From the NCBI GenBank assembly GCA_052168235.1, contig JBQLZK010000023.1, forward strand, positions 1-64,000: 64,000 nucleotides of DNA. Reading direction: 5' to 3'. Below the pieces are notes generated by a model. The model was given only the letters and a program-made list of their open reading frames with translations, made no database searches and was not told the DNA's origin. Made by a program: the position numbers and the translations under genes. Origin of the DNA: Thainema sp. (GTDB lineage Bacteria; Cyanobacteriota; Cyanobacteriia; Phormidesmidales; Phormidesmidaceae). Of this stretch, positions 40,621-52,780 are shown in pieces; within the stretch, counting starts at the first letter, position 1, and every line of letters begins with the position of its first letter.

Positions 40621-43600
40621 TCAAGTTCGTTCCTGAGTCAGTTCCACAATTCGATCAAATCGCACCTGTAAAACCAAGTCTGTGAGTGCGATCGCAAGTT
40701 CTACCTGCTCTGTTGGCATGGCGTTAATCAGCGCAAAGACGCGATTCTCGTCAAGTTGAGTAGCAGCCTCATATAGTTGGTGCACCCAAGCAGATGGCAT
40801 ATTGGCAAGCTGACTGGTAACTTCTTCGAATTGCTCAGGCGAACGGAGGCTATTGCATGAGCTTGGATTAAGAGAAGACGGTAAGCTTAGCGAATGAGCT
40901 GGGGGTGACGCTAAGTTGCCATTGGTGCCCGTACTTGTAACATCAAGATTTTTGATATCAAGATTATAGACGTGTTGATCATAGACGTATTGAACATCTA
41001 AATGTTTGGCTAATATGTTGAAGATTGCATGAGCTAAAACAGGCTTTCGTAAAAAGTCATCACAACCCGCTGCTAGCACCACGGCTCGCTCTTCTTCAAA
41101 CGCGCTAGCGGTCACTGCAATGATAACGGGTGGTGTCAGATTCATCTGCTTTGCCCGAGCTTTAATCTGACGAGTGGCCTCATAGCCATCCAGCTCCGGC
41201 ATATGCATATCCATCCAGATCAGGTGTGGTTGCCAATCCTGCCACTGTGCGATCGCATCATTGCCATTGCTAGCCTCGCGCACCTCAAACCCCACAGGCT
41301 CAAGACATCGTCGCAGAACGAGGCGGTTGGTTGACCGATCATCCACTACCAACAATCGATAGGTGGGCTGTTCCGCCGCTAAGCCAATCACGTTGCGCTG
41401 CGCTTTGGGGGAGTCCTGAGGGCTGCAAAGATCTGGCACCGCTGCAATTGTGAACGTTACAATCGTGCCTTCTCCCAGCGTACTGTGAATTGCAATGTCT
41501 CCCTGCAGCAGCTGCACAAACTTTTTACTGATAGCCAGCCCCAACCCAGTACCCTGCTGAGACCGCCGACCGGCTTCCGTTTGCATAAACGGCTCAAATA
41601 AACCACCAATGTCGGTGGCTGCAATCCCAATTCCTGTATCAATTACCTGGAAGCGAAGCATGATGGGCTCGCCTGTAGGGATGTCTGGTGGGATCGGTAC
41701 AGCAGCGATTGTCGTTGGCTCGGATATAGCAGACGGTTCCACATCAACCCGCAGCGTTACACTACCCTTCTGAGTAAACTTAACAGCGTTGCTGATCAAA
41801 TTCAGCAGGATTTGACGTAGTTTACGTTCATCGGTATAGATAAACTGCGGTACATCTGGCGCATACTGAACGACGAATTGTAGTTCTTTGGATGCAGCCC
41901 GGAGCTCCATCATGTCTTCGATGGTGCCGAGCAAGCTATACAAGTTAAAGCTTGATGCTTCAACGTCAATGCGACCGGCTTCAATCTTCGACATCTCCAG
42001 CACATCATTAATTAGCTCTAGCAGATGTTCGCCGCTGCGGCTAATCACATCCAGGTCTGACTTGTGGGGGGCTAACGCAGGCTTATGGCTGAGCAGTTGT
42101 GAAAATCCCAAAATGGCGTTCAGCGGCGTCCGGAGTTCATGGCTCATACTAGCCAAAAACGCGCTCTTGGCCTGGTTGGCGGCATCGGCTGATTCTTTGG
42201 CCTGCTGTAGGGCTTGAAACTGCTGAACCAGGCTAGCTGCCATCAGTTTCACGTTATTGATTAAAGAGGCAATTTCTGTGATGTGGCTAGCTGGCCACTG
42301 CACAGGGCGCTGATCCGATAGATGTTTGGGCAGATTGGTGGTGACATGAGCCAGCTGAGCGACCGGACGAACCAGTTGGCGGCTGAGCAGAAACGCTAGA
42401 CCTAGTGCGCCAGTGGTGAACAGTAAGAGAATGGCCAGATTTTTGATGTTGATTTCTTGAATCGCAGTGACGTAGGGGGCGGCTGGTAGTTCGATAATCA
42501 GCGTCCAGGGAATGCCTTCAGCCAGCGGCGTTTCTTGGACAAACATGGATTGGGTCCACCGCTGCATAAACAGTCCTGCTGGTGGCAACCACTGATAGGC
42601 GATCGCTGAATCTGCAATGGGAATAACTGTTCCCGTTTGCTTTAAATCAAAGGGGTGTCCTAAGTTGCGATCGCGATGGCTACTGGTCACAATCTGCTGA
42701 TTCGCATCAACCAGCGTGGCAAAACTATCAATCCCTTGATTTTCGTTCTCAATCAGACTCTGTAACTGCTGTAAGCCAACGATACCTATGGCAAATCCTT
42801 GTAGCTGATTGGTTTGAATCGGCGCAGCAAAGACAAGCTCGGTTGGTTCTGCCAGTGTCAGTAACGCCGCGTGAGGTGCATCCGAGCGTAACTGAGAACG
42901 AATCTGATCGAGGTCACTGGTCGCTAATGGGGAGAAGGTGGCTGATCTAGATACTTGGGAGCCAGATGCTGCTGAATTCGGTTGCGGGTCAAGCTGTGAA
43001 CGAGCCAATACGCTGGCTGATGCAATGGGGGCATCAGCCACGATCTCTCCGTTATCGGTCAAAATCAACAGCCGATGAAAGCTGGGAAATAACCGCTGCA
43101 CAGCTCCCAATTCGAGCTGAAGCAGATTCTCTTCTGTTATCAAACTGGTTGAGGACGGCTTGTTCTCGGCGATCCGAACCAGTTCAGTAATGGCCACTTG
43201 ATGCTGCTGTTGCCATGCTTCTAGCTCGTGCTGGAGATGATTCGAGATATTTTGCAATTCAACTTGCTTATCGGCCACAATATCGCTGACAACCTGGCGA
43301 CTATCAATTGCAACGAGGAGCAGCGTTGGAAAAAAAACAAAGGCAACGAGTAGGTTAAACAACGTTTGCTGAAGCGAAAGCGCCTCAATGGCTTTGGGCC
43401 GCTGCACCCAGCGGTGGATGGGAGAATAGATTAACAGTAGGTTGGCAATCAGAGCATTAAAAATGCCGTTGGCTGATTGCTTCAGCATGATGATTTGGGT
43501 TTGTACCAGGTCTACCCCCATCGCCCCCCGATAAAACAGCCAAATCAACGGCATGCCGATACACAGCCAATACACCATATCGAGCAGGACTAGATTTTGC

Positions 43601-43875
43601 CGATAGTGCCAGTAAAACCAGCCGACGAAGATGGCCTCAGCCGCAAAGATTAGAATTGAATAAGGGTGTCCCCACAGAAAAAACGTGCAGCTAGCGGCAA
43701 AAATGGCTGCCGTAATTCCCCAGCGGTAGCCATAGAGACACAGCACTAGCCAAACTGCGATCGCACCGAACAAAAAGTCAATGTGAAAGAACAGCGACCA
43801 GCGGAAATAGTTACCGAGGAAGCCAGCCGCCACCAGGAACGCTAATCCGACAGTCGACTGATGATGTCGTGTCAC
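40621..43875 (-). CDS. Multi-TM hybrid histidine kinase (membrane sensor, Cache-like, HAMP-like, HisKA, HATPase, REC)
   Basis: Hydrophobic N-terminus, [38 protein letters not shown] start. Confidence 0.92.
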   Translation of the reverse strand: MTRHHQSTVGLAFLVAAGFLGNYFRWSLFFHIDFLFGAIAVWLVLCLYGYRWGITAAIFAASCTFFLWGHPYSILIFAAEAIFVGWFYWHYRQNLVLLDMVYWLCIGMPLIWLFYRGAMGVDLVQTQIIMLKQSANGIFNALIANLLLIYSPIHRWVQRPKAIEALSLQQTLFNLLVAFVFFPTLLLVAIDSRQVVSDIVADKQVELQNISNHLQHELEAWQQQHQVAITELVRIAENKPSSTSLITEENLLQLELGAVQRLFPSFHRLLILTDNGEIVADAPIASASVLARSQLDPQPNSAASGSQVSRSATFSPLATSDLDQIRSQLRSDAPHAALLTLAEPTELVFAAPIQTNQLQGFAIGIVGLQQLQSLIENENQGIDSFATLVDANQQIVTSSHRDRNLGHPFDLKQTGTVIPIADSAIAYQWLPPAGLFMQRWTQSMFVQETPLAEGIPWTLIIELPAAPYVTAIQEINIKNLAILLLFTTGALGLAFLLSRQLVRPVAQLAHVTTNLPKHLSDQRPVQWPASHITEIASLINNVKLMAASLVQQFQALQQAKESADAANQAKSAFLASMSHELRTPLNAILGFSQLLSHKPALAPHKSDLDVISRSGEHLLELINDVLEMSKIEAGRIDVEASSFNLYSLLGTIEDMMELRAASKELQFVVQYAPDVPQFIYTDERKLRQILLNLISNAVKFTQKGSVTLRVDVEPSAISEPTTIAAVPIPPDIPTGEPIMLRFQVIDTGIGIAATDIGGLFEPFMQTEAGRRSQQGTGLGLAISKKFVQLLQGDIAIHSTLGEGTIVTFTIAAVPDLCSPQDSPKAQRNVIGLAAEQPTYRLLVVDDRSTNRLVLRRCLEPVGFEVREASNGNDAIAQWQDWQPHLIWMDMHMPELDGYEATRQIKARAKQMNLTPPVIIAVTASAFEEERAVVLAAGCDDFLRKPVLAHAIFNILAKHLDVQYVYDQHVYNLDIKNLDVTSTGTNGNLASPPAHSLSLPSSLNPSSCNSLRSPEQFEEVTSQLANMPSAWVHQLYEAATQLDENRVFALINAMPTEQVELAIALTDLVLQVRFDRIVELTQERT

Positions 43876-44191
43876 TAATAAGACCTTGCTCCATCAATAC
43901 GGGGAAACTCAGCCACACGCCTTGATCTTAGTGTTTAACGTCTTCTACCTTTGGGTAGAACTGTCATTCCTGGTACAAATCTAAATACTTTTTAATCGGC
44001 TTAAGCAAACTGCAACTGGCTTAGGATGATAATCACGCTCAAGAGGTCAGTCTGGTAGGGATGAAATGCCTATGGCATGGGCTTTTGAGCTTATAGCTGT
44101 TTTGGGATGTTAGGATGCCTTCTGTATAATTAGTAACATTTGCGGTGCTAGTCATAGAGGTTGTCGCCAGCGTGATGAGTTGAGTGAACCG

Positions 44192-46984
44192 CTAGTCGCG
44201 TGCGATCGCAAGAATCACCTGACTCAAGATCCGACCATCTTCAAGCTGATAGAGATTAAATTCACCGCCAATTTCCTGCGTCAGCCTTTGGCAGATCGCG
44301 AGGTGCAGGCCGGGTGGCTCATTCAACGGTGATGGTGCCAGCAAATCATGGGGCTTGCCCTGCTGAAGCTCAGCCAGCAGTGTGTCATCAACAAAGCCGT
44401 TATCGGTAATAGACAACTCCAGCCAGCGCTGATCAACCAAACGACACCAGATATCAATCCGGCCACCGGAGAGCGATCGCAAACAGGCCGATTCCATCAT
44501 TTCATGCAGAATAAACTCAATTTTGGCCACATCGCCCGCCACATCTAAATTGAGTTCATTATGCACCTGCGTCCAAAGCTGGCGCTGATGCACCAACGTT
44601 TCAACCCGCTCCATCATCCGCTTCAGCAAACTAGCAATCGGCACCGTCTCATCCTGGGGCTGGAGCTGCCATTCTTCCGTTTCAATCGGACGTGCGATCG
44701 CATCCAGTGTCCCCTCAGCCTGGCGCAAAATTTGCTGCAGCCGCATCACATTCATCGTGGCGCTTTGGGGTTTCGTAATCTGCTGGCTAACCTCGGTCAG
44801 TCGTCGGACAACTCCACTCAAATTCCGCTGCAACTCCTCTAAGAAATGCTGCTTATACCAGTTCAACTGCTGGAGATGCTGCCGCTGTCCCGACAGCTGA
44901 TTGACCAACATGATGTAGCGGCGGCACCAAGCATACTGTCCAGCCAGCGTACTGATCAGATCCAGGTGGCGCTCTGACCAAACCCGATCCGCTCGATCTG
45001 CCACTAGCAGAATTCCCGCCGGATGATGCATCGGTGCAGTGCGTAGCGCTGTCAAGATAACGGTGCCAATGCCTGCACCAATCAGCCACTGACGAGAAGC
45101 GGATGGTAAATCGGTGGCCATCAGTGGCAAAATCCCCTCTGCCTGGATCGCCCATTGAATCACGGCTTCCTGCCCGACAAACAGCGTTGCCTCAGCATCA
45201 ATCTGGTAAGCTTTTTCCTTCAACACAACCGCTTCAATCTGAGCCGTTTCCGATCCCTTCGCCCAGGTAATCAAAGCCGCTAACGGCGCTTGAACGGCTT
45301 GTAGAATCTGCTCTAGGGCCTGTTGATCGAGCTGATCTAAATGGTGAATCCGCTGTAGAGTTTTGGTGCCCCACTGAAGATTTTGCTGGAGGGCTTGCTG
45401 TTGAGCAATATCCCGCTGAAGCTGCCACTGGTGTAAGATTACCCCAATTTGCTGAGCTACCGTTTTCACCAGATCGCGCTCAACTCGAATCCAACTGCGC
45501 GTGGCGTCATGAGCGACGATAATCATGCCCTCTAGCGGTTTGCCAATGGCAGTGTTGCAGGTCAGCAAAGACTTGACGCCAATATCCAGCAGCGGCTGCC
45601 GCCAAGCCATTAACTTGAGATCATCGTCTAGATTCTCGATGCCAATCGGTTCCGCCGACTTCTCTAGCATCTTCCGATCAACGTCATTCAGTACGCTAAA
45701 TGGTTGGCGAATATGCTGGCGATGGTTGGGATGATACTGATAGCTCACCTCATAGCAGTGCTGATCCGGATCGTAAATCAACACAAAGACATGAGTAATC
45801 TTGAGTCGGCGACACAGTTGCTCAGCACAGGTATTCAGCGCTACTTGCCAATCGTTATCACTACAAATGGCCCGTGAAATTTCCGCCGTTAACCCCTGAT
45901 CTAGCTTAATTTGATCAATGGTTTCTTCCATTTCCGAGAGGGGAGCTGCTAGAGCGACGAGCTGAGCAACTCCTTGGACATATTGTTTTTCTTCCTCTGT
46001 CCAAATCCGTGCTTCTTTGCCCTCGACAGCCAGAAAACCCAGCAGCTCATCTTGAAATAAGATCGGAGCCGCAATTAGCGATCGCGCATTGATCTGCTGC
46101 ATTAAGCGAGTGGTGGTGTCGGCTTTGAGGGAGCTTTGGGCTTCACCAATCGCCACCAACTGATCTGCCGCCAGGGCTTTATAGAACGTACTCACTTCCT
46201 GGACTGGAATATGCAATTCGGGCAGGGGGTCTCGTGGTGTGGTGAGTGATTTATTGGGATTACGCGAACCAACGCGCCGCCAGAAATAGCGTTGCTCACG
46301 GGCAAACCAGTAGATGTTGGTGCGATCGGGCTGCACAAAACAGTGGGTTTCCGCCACAATCGCTTCCAACCGCTCATCCAAGTGATTGAGATTCCGCAAC
46401 TTACCCAGGAGTTTAAACAGCGGCTGTTCCGGGCGCTTGGTTTGCCGGCGCTGCTGCTCTATTTCAGACTGATAAAGCGCTTCTGCTAGCGAACCGAGTA
46501 AAACGGACAGGCGAGCCTTTTCGCCAGAATGCGGTGAAACCCCCCAAAAGCGTGACCCCAGCAGTGCTAAACCAAAACAACGATCGCGATGCCGAATTGG
46601 AAAGATCATCGTGCCCTGAATTTGGTAGGTCTGAGCCGCTTTCCGCCATTCTCCTGCCCGTGATTCTTCTCGCAAATCCGGAATGCCAAGCGGTCGCTGC
46701 TGAATTACCACCTGTTCTAAAATATCGCCAGGATTGAGCGAGAAGCGCTGTCGTAAAAAATTCGATTCCCCATTGGGTGTAAATCCCCCTTGCCCGATAA
46801 TCCGATGGGACATCCGGTCGTACAGCCCAATCCAAACCAAGGCATAATCAAACCCTTCCTGCATGTAGCGGATCGCTGTCTCAACAAGCACAGCAACGTC
46901 CTCCTCCTCACGCAGGGTTTGGAGGACGCGCCCTAATGCTACAAGCTGCTGCTCGTAAGCCGTTGAATCATTCGGCAGGGACAT
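44192..46984 (-). CDS. Multi-GAF protein with degenerate histidine-kinase-like C-terminus
   Basis: About 4 GAF-like repeats; C-terminal ITDNG and GLHLAIC; no canonical H- or N-box. Confidence 0.8.
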   Translation of the reverse strand: MSLPNDSTAYEQQLVALGRVLQTLREEEDVAVLVETAIRYMQEGFDYALVWIGLYDRMSHRIIGQGGFTPNGESNFLRQRFSLNPGDILEQVVIQQRPLGIPDLREESRAGEWRKAAQTYQIQGTMIFPIRHRDRCFGLALLGSRFWGVSPHSGEKARLSVLLGSLAEALYQSEIEQQRRQTKRPEQPLFKLLGKLRNLNHLDERLEAIVAETHCFVQPDRTNIYWFAREQRYFWRRVGSRNPNKSLTTPRDPLPELHIPVQEVSTFYKALAADQLVAIGEAQSSLKADTTTRLMQQINARSLIAAPILFQDELLGFLAVEGKEARIWTEEEKQYVQGVAQLVALAAPLSEMEETIDQIKLDQGLTAEISRAICSDNDWQVALNTCAEQLCRRLKITHVFVLIYDPDQHCYEVSYQYHPNHRQHIRQPFSVLNDVDRKMLEKSAEPIGIENLDDDLKLMAWRQPLLDIGVKSLLTCNTAIGKPLEGMIIVAHDATRSWIRVERDLVKTVAQQIGVILHQWQLQRDIAQQQALQQNLQWGTKTLQRIHHLDQLDQQALEQILQAVQAPLAALITWAKGSETAQIEAVVLKEKAYQIDAEATLFVGQEAVIQWAIQAEGILPLMATDLPSASRQWLIGAGIGTVILTALRTAPMHHPAGILLVADRADRVWSERHLDLISTLAGQYAWCRRYIMLVNQLSGQRQHLQQLNWYKQHFLEELQRNLSGVVRRLTEVSQQITKPQSATMNVMRLQQILRQAEGTLDAIARPIETEEWQLQPQDETVPIASLLKRMMERVETLVHQRQLWTQVHNELNLDVAGDVAKIEFILHEMMESACLRSLSGGRIDIWCRLVDQRWLELSITDNGFVDDTLLAELQQGKPHDLLAPSPLNEPPGLHLAICQRLTQEIGGEFNLYQLEDGRILSQVILAIARD

Positions 46985-47428
46985 GCGATTGTAAAATCAG
47001 TAAATTCAGACTAGATGGAACTTAACCGTAAATCAAGTTGCGACCTGTAGATGCAAATCCCCAACAATTCAGTCAAAAAATTAAACTAACCTCATATAGC
47101 GCGAGCTTGTTGGAGATAGGGCAAGATGAAACCCTGCTAAAACCTAGATTTTTGGTTGGATTGCTGGTGAAATATGTGCACGATGTACAGTCTGGTTAAT
47201 TAACTTGCCAATTAAAAAATGGAATGACATAACAGATTCAAAGAGCTCCTGTACGTTATATTTCACAGGAGCAGCATGAAATGCGCATATTAGGAGCAAT
47301 TCTGCTCTGTGCCTTATTGTATCGGTGGCAAGTTAGGTTGTGTGGAGATAGTAAAGATTTGCGCTGCTGGCCTTTTGCGGATTCAATATTTTAGATGTTC
47401 AATCCAATGTTCATCAACGTAGAATGCA

Positions 47429-48601
47429 GTGGAACGTATCTTGGTAAACGCTGACCTTTATCGGCTATTGGTTCCTTCCATCTTATTCGCCTGGCTCAAG
47501 GCCGATCCAGAGTGGTTACACCAGAAAACGATGCAAAGTTTGCACTGGTTGACCCAGGCGAGCGCGGCTGATAACCAGACTCAGGCCGCGATCGCAACCG
47601 GAATTCTGACTAGATTACAGCAGTCTTTGGTTTGCCAAGACGATCGGCTTCAGCAAAATCACTGGGGATTGACGTTTCCCAATCCAGTTGGTTTGGCAGC
47701 AGGATTTGATAAAGATGGTGTAGCGGCTCCTCTATGGGCTAATTTCGGCTTTGGCTTTGCGGAACTAGGCACTGTCACCTATCACGCTCAGCCTGGCAAT
47801 CCTCAACCGCGCCTGTTTCGCCTCTTAGCCGATTACGCAGCTTTGAACCGTATGGGGTTCAACAATCGGGGAGCAGCCGATTTGGCGGAACGGCTCACGC
47901 AGCAGTGGCAGCAGCATCAGCGGCAGATTCCCATTGGCATTAACTTAGGCAAGTCCAAAGTGACACCGCTAGAATCCGCTGTGGATGACTATGTCGGTAG
48001 CTTTCGGCTGCTGGAAGAACTGGGGGATTACTTTGTGGTCAATGTTTCTTCACCTAACACACCCGGTTTGCGATCGCTCCAGGCCATCGAGCAGCTTAAA
48101 CCCATTCTGACGACGCTCCAGCAGGAAAACACAGCGCAGAAACCATTGTTTGTCAAAATTGCACCCGATTTAGCTTGGGATGATATTGCCGCTGTCGTAG
48201 ATTTAGCGCGAGATTGTGATCTAACGGGCGTAATTGCCACCAACACCACGATTCAAAAAGAGGGACTGAAGACCCAAATTCTACGAGAAACGGGCAATCC
48301 CATTACTGCAGAAGCAGGGGGGATCAGCGGTGCGCCACTGCGCGATCGCGCAACGGACGTGATTCGCTTTATCTGGCAGCACACTCAAGGGCAATTTCCC
48401 ATCATTGGCGTGGGCGGCATTTTTACGGCTGATGATGCTTGGGACAAAATCACGGCAGGGGCGACTCTCGTGCAACTCTATACGGGCTGGATTTACGAAG
48501 GGCCAGGCGCATTGCGCCGCATCAACCAAGGATTACTGGCCCATTTACAGGCCAATGGCTTTTCTAATATTTCTGAAGCCGTTGGCTCCGCACATTCTTG
48601 A
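47429..48601 (+). CDS. pyrD: Quinone-dependent dihydroorotate dehydrogenase
   Basis: NPVGLAAGFDK, NRMGFNN, NVSSPNTPGLR, VKIAPD, GGISG; exact start uncertain. Confidence 0.96.
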   Translation: MERILVNADLYRLLVPSILFAWLKADPEWLHQKTMQSLHWLTQASAADNQTQAAIATGILTRLQQSLVCQDDRLQQNHWGLTFPNPVGLAAGFDKDGVAAPLWANFGFGFAELGTVTYHAQPGNPQPRLFRLLADYAALNRMGFNNRGAADLAERLTQQWQQHQRQIPIGINLGKSKVTPLESAVDDYVGSFRLLEELGDYFVVNVSSPNTPGLRSLQAIEQLKPILTTLQQENTAQKPLFVKIAPDLAWDDIAAVVDLARDCDLTGVIATNTTIQKEGLKTQILRETGNPITAEAGGISGAPLRDRATDVIRFIWQHTQGQFPIIGVGGIFTADDAWDKITAGATLVQLYTGWIYEGPGALRRINQGLLAHLQANGFSNISEAVGSAHS

Positions 48602-49037
48602 TTCGACCCTTAATTCTTATTCTCAACCCTGGTTCTCAAGCTCGGATCGGATTTCCTGATCGGATGCTTGGTTCTACTTGAGCGGACTGATACCGATTCA
48701 ACTTCTAGCGATAGAGCGATAGCCATATTGGCTAGGACATTTACGAAATTCAACGTTTAAACGTTTGGATGGTTTCAGAATTTTCTAACGTCTTAACCAA
48801 TGTGACTACTGCTATATATATTCAGTGTATATCAGTATTTATTTTGGTGAAAATCTACGAGATATAAGTGAAATCACGCAGAATTATTTTTGCTGTCATC
48901 CTGATTGACAAGATTGATTTAAGCTCGCCAGCCAAAGATTTAAGATTGCTCTTATAAGTATAAAAAACCGCAATATCACTGAAAGCCGCTGCTCTCAAAG
49001 GAGTTACTTTTAATACATATGACTCCTAGAGGCTAAC

Positions 49038-50039
49038 ATGATTTTCCAACGATCTATTCGCAAAACTCCCTGGGTGGCTCTACCGCTGGCCATTGCGATC
49101 GCATCTGGTGTTTCAGGCCGTGCAGATGCGGCATCTTTTGGGGTTGCCGATGACTACAATGTGTTTGTCTTTGGCGACATGAATCAAAGCTCTGATGCCG
49201 AAGGACGCGTCGCAGTTGGCGGCAATGCTACGTTTTCCAATTTTGGCATCGGTGACCGCTTAAGCAACTCCAATGGAGCAGATACGCGTTTAGTTGTCGG
49301 CGGTGATTTGACGTATAACGGGGGCCAAATCTTCGGTGGTGGCGCTGTTGTCGGTGGTCAGGTTAAAACCAACATCAACTTCAACTGCACCCCTAACTGT
49401 GGCGTTACAAGCGGTAAACCAATTGATTTTGATGCCGCCAAAACCTATTTCACAGGTTTTTCTGATCAGCTGAGCGACTTAGGCGCAACGGGCAATACCG
49501 AATACAAATGGGGTGGTATCTGGCTCCAGGGCAACAGCTCCGCCGACTTGAATGTATTCACCATTGACGGCTATAAATTTAATGGTTCCAGCTACCTTAA
49601 CCTAAATGGCATTGGCAGCAGTTCTACCGTTGTATTTAACATCCTGGGGAATGCGGTTAGCATTGCCAACTTTGGGATGAATTTGGGTGGGCTTGATCCG
49701 TCGAAGGTATTGTTCAACTTTGTGGACGCTACTCAGGTTCAAACCACGGGCTTTTCATTTGCGGGTAGCGTACTGGCACCGAACGCCAACTTTACGTTCA
49801 ACAACGGTAATGTTGAAGGTCAGTTCGTTGCAAACTCTGTATCCGGTAGTGGTGAGTTCCACAACATCAGCTTTGAGGGACAAGTGCCAGACTATATCCC
49901 CCCCGATCTACCTCCGGAGCCTGAAGAGCCCGGTAATGGTGGCCCAACCGAAATTCCTGAACCATCAGCGATGGTGGGGCTAGCGCTAGTGGGCGCTGCG
50001 TTGAGCCTGCGTCGTCGCGCACAGAATCTTCCAAACTAG
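49038..50039 (+). CDS. Choice-of-anchor A-like surface protein with PEP-CTERM sorting signal
   Basis: Signal peptide; SDAEGRVAVGGN, GSVLAPNA; C-terminal IPEPS-TM-RRR. Confidence 0.85.
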   Translation: MIFQRSIRKTPWVALPLAIAIASGVSGRADAASFGVADDYNVFVFGDMNQSSDAEGRVAVGGNATFSNFGIGDRLSNSNGADTRLVVGGDLTYNGGQIFGGGAVVGGQVKTNINFNCTPNCGVTSGKPIDFDAAKTYFTGFSDQLSDLGATGNTEYKWGGIWLQGNSSADLNVFTIDGYKFNGSSYLNLNGIGSSSTVVFNILGNAVSIANFGMNLGGLDPSKVLFNFVDATQVQTTGFSFAGSVLAPNANFTFNNGNVEGQFVANSVSGSGEFHNISFEGQVPDYIPPDLPPEPEEPGNGGPTEIPEPSAMVGLALVGAALSLRRRAQNLPN

Positions 50040-50106
50040 GCTGCTAGCGTTCAATTCACTGTAGAGCCTCAGCGCTCACATGAGTCTCGAATATCAGAAA
50101 TTGAAC

Positions 50107-50144
50107 TTAAAAGGGAGCTGCGGCATGCCGCAGCTCCCTTTTAA
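50107..50144. terminator. 38-bp perfect palindrome, probable bidirectional terminator
   Basis: ttaaaagggagctgcggca|tgccgcagctcccttttaa between convergent genes. Confidence 0.75.
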
Positions 50145-50178
50145 CGCTGAAGTTTAACGCTGAACTAGCTGATCCGCT

Positions 50179-50319
50179 TTAGAGATCGCCGCCTCGTGCA
50201 GCCAACAAGAAAATGACTACTGGGCCAGCAACCACAACCAGCGCCAACATTGTCAGCTGGGCGATCAGCTCAAAATTGATACTCGACAGAGCTCCAGTGA
50301 TACCTGATAGAAATTCCAT
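50179..50319 (-). CDS. psb30: Photosystem II protein Psb30 (Ycf12), 46 aa
   Basis: Own translation: [54 protein letters not shown]; not in the ORF track. Confidence 0.95.
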   Translation of the reverse strand: MEFLSGITGALSSINFELIAQLTMLALVVVAGPVVIFLLAARGGDL

Positions 50320-50766
50320 TAATCCTCCCAAGCAAAGCAGGCAAAACAGTCAGAAAACACTTGTATAGTCGGTTAGTATTTTATCCGGTATCTGGCCTGA
50401 AATTTTAAGTAAGTTTACAAAAATCCAATTAACTATATCAGCTTGGCTGTCTTTCTCATATTCCGGATATGCAGGCCCGTATTGAGCAAGCTGCTTAACA
50501 GGTGAAGGCTACGTTGGGCAACATGCATTAGCCAACAAAACTCGGCTTGGTACAGCATTTCATTAGACCTGATGCACTGACACGACCCGTTTGACTAGTG
50601 TGCTTAGGCTAATGGTGGGCGAATGACAACGGCTCAAACTATTTATGCTTGTTGAATAGAAGTCAAAGCTTGCCCACCATCTCAAAATCCTGCTATTCCC
50701 AAACAGATCAACAAGGGATCTGCACCCGGTCGTCCTTGACAGCCTATAGCCTCTGACAGCCTTTTC

Positions 50767-51249
50767 TTACCACCAGCGCAGTTCCAAATATCCTCGCTCC
50801 GGCTGATTCTGCTCTTCCTCCGTCAGCCAATCCACGGCCTTGTAGGTACCAAATATATGATCCCACCAATCTACGCCGAGGCCAAAGTTATGATGCCACA
50901 TGCCGTACTTGTGGTGAACATAGTGGACAGGCATCTTCATCCAAAAGCACTTCTTGGGGTTTTCGTGCTGGAGCTGATGAGCATAGGCGGAAAACGCTGC
51001 GTAGATGATTGCGCCAATGGCCCAACCAATACCAGCCTCAAGCGAAACGAAAAATGGGATCACCATCAGGACTAAACTACCAACAATGTAGTCTCGGAAT
51101 TCCCAAATCACACCTTGGCCTTCATTTCGGCGATGGTGATCGCGGTGTCGCTGCCCCACCCGCTCGGAGGCATGCATGAGACGGTGTATCCAATATTCGA
51201 CTAAACTTGCGAGCACAAATGCGATCGCACAACAAATCACTGCAACCAT
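50767..51249 (-). CDS. Sterol desaturase / fatty acid hydroxylase family protein
   Basis: EYWIHRLMH, HRDHH, HQLQH, HYVHH, NFG. Confidence 0.88.
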   Translation of the reverse strand: MVAVICCAIAFVLASLVEYWIHRLMHASERVGQRHRDHHRRNEGQGVIWEFRDYIVGSLVLMVIPFFVSLEAGIGWAIGAIIYAAFSAYAHQLQHENPKKCFWMKMPVHYVHHKYGMWHHNFGLGVDWWDHIFGTYKAVDWLTEEEQNQPERGYLELRWW

Positions 51250-51388
51250 ATGGCTCTCCTCACAGAAGACGAAACGGGACGCATCCCAATTCTGTACCCT
51301 ATTACAAATCGTAAAGTACTAATGCTCCCATTGTGCCACTGACTCCAACTGGATGCAGTCGAACAATAGCCAGATCTTTGAGTGAACA

Positions 51389-52780
51389 CTAATCTCCCGC
51401 TACACCATCAGCCCGCGCCGCATGTTGAACCGCAGCCGATACCGTTGCCGCCACTCGATCATCAAATACCGATGGAATAATATGCTCCGGCGTTAAGTCC
51501 GAGGGTTTAACTAGAGATGCGATCGCTTCTGCGGCATCTAGATACATGGTGGTAGTCATGGCCTTGGCGCGACAGTCAATCGCACCGCGCAGAATGCCGG
51601 GGAAGGCCAGCACGTTATTGATTTGGTTGGGATAGTCGCTGCGTCCGGTGGCCATTACGGCCACGTCCCCAACGACGAGTTCCGGCTGAATTTCGGGAAT
51701 TGGGTTGGCCATCGCAAAGACAATTGGATCGCGCGCCATTGACCGCACCATTTCTGGGGTCACAACACCGGGAACGCTAACGCCCATGAACACATCGGCC
51801 CCTTTCATCGCGTCCGCCAGCGAACCGGATTCTTCCACGGCAAACTCTTTTTTCTGATTGTTTAAATCCGTACGGCTATGGCAAATCACGCCTTTGGAGT
51901 CGCACATCAGAATAGTTTGAGTCCCGGCCTTGCGTAATAGACGTGCGATCGCAACTCCGGCAGCACCCGCCCCGTTAATCACGACCCGAATCGAGTCGAT
52001 CGACTTGTCCACCAGCTTGAGCGCGTTCATCAGCGCCGCCAGGGACACAATTGCCGTACCGTGTTGGTCATCGTGGAAGACTGGAATATCCAACTCGCGC
52101 TGTAGCCGCTCTTCAATCTCAAAACAGCGGGGAGCGCTGATATCTTCCAGATTTACGCCGCCAAAGACCGGAGCAATATACTTCACAGCCTTGACGATTT
52201 CGTCTACATCCTGGGTGTCTAAACAAATCGGGAAGGCATCGAGTCCAGCAAATTCTTTGAACAGCATCGCTTTGCCTTCCATCACGGGCAGCGCTCCGGC
52301 TGGGCCTAGATTCCCCAGTCCTAAAACCGCACTGCCGTCGGTGACAATGGCCACTGTGTTGCTCTTGATTGTCAAGCTATAAACCTGATCGGGATCTTCT
52401 GCGATCGCAGTGCAAATTCGGCCCACACCGGGCGTATAGGCCATCGCCAGATCAGACTGGCTCTGCAGCGGAATTTTGGACTCAATGCTGATCTTGCCAC
52501 CCCGGTGCAGGTTAAACGTGCGGTCGTAAACGCTGAGCAGCTTTACATCCGGCAGCGCTTTGACCTGGGTGACAATTTGCTCGGCATGTTCGGCGCTGAA
52601 CGCATCCACCGTCAGGTCGCGCACCACCAGCTTGAGATTGCGCTCGACAAGACTAATCTGCCCCAGGTTGCCACCCGCTTCTGCGATCGCAGTTGTAATG
52701 GTGGCCAACATGCCGGTGCGATTGGGAATTTGCAGCCGCAGGGTGAGGCTAAAACTAGAGTTGGGAGTCAGATTCGTCAT
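51389..52780 (-). CDS. NAD(P)-dependent malic enzyme with N-terminal ACT domain
   Basis: AYTPGV, DGSAVLGLG, VMEGKA, NLEDI, FHDDQHGTA, GAGAAG, NQINN; ATG 52780. Confidence 0.95.
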   Translation of the reverse strand: MTNLTPNSSFSLTLRLQIPNRTGMLATITTAIAEAGGNLGQISLVERNLKLVVRDLTVDAFSAEHAEQIVTQVKALPDVKLLSVYDRTFNLHRGGKISIESKIPLQSQSDLAMAYTPGVGRICTAIAEDPDQVYSLTIKSNTVAIVTDGSAVLGLGNLGPAGALPVMEGKAMLFKEFAGLDAFPICLDTQDVDEIVKAVKYIAPVFGGVNLEDISAPRCFEIEERLQRELDIPVFHDDQHGTAIVSLAALMNALKLVDKSIDSIRVVINGAGAAGVAIARLLRKAGTQTILMCDSKGVICHSRTDLNNQKKEFAVEESGSLADAMKGADVFMGVSVPGVVTPEMVRSMARDPIVFAMANPIPEIQPELVVGDVAVMATGRSDYPNQINNVLAFPGILRGAIDCRAKAMTTTMYLDAAEAIASLVKPSDLTPEHIIPSVFDDRVAATVSAAVQHAARADGVAGD

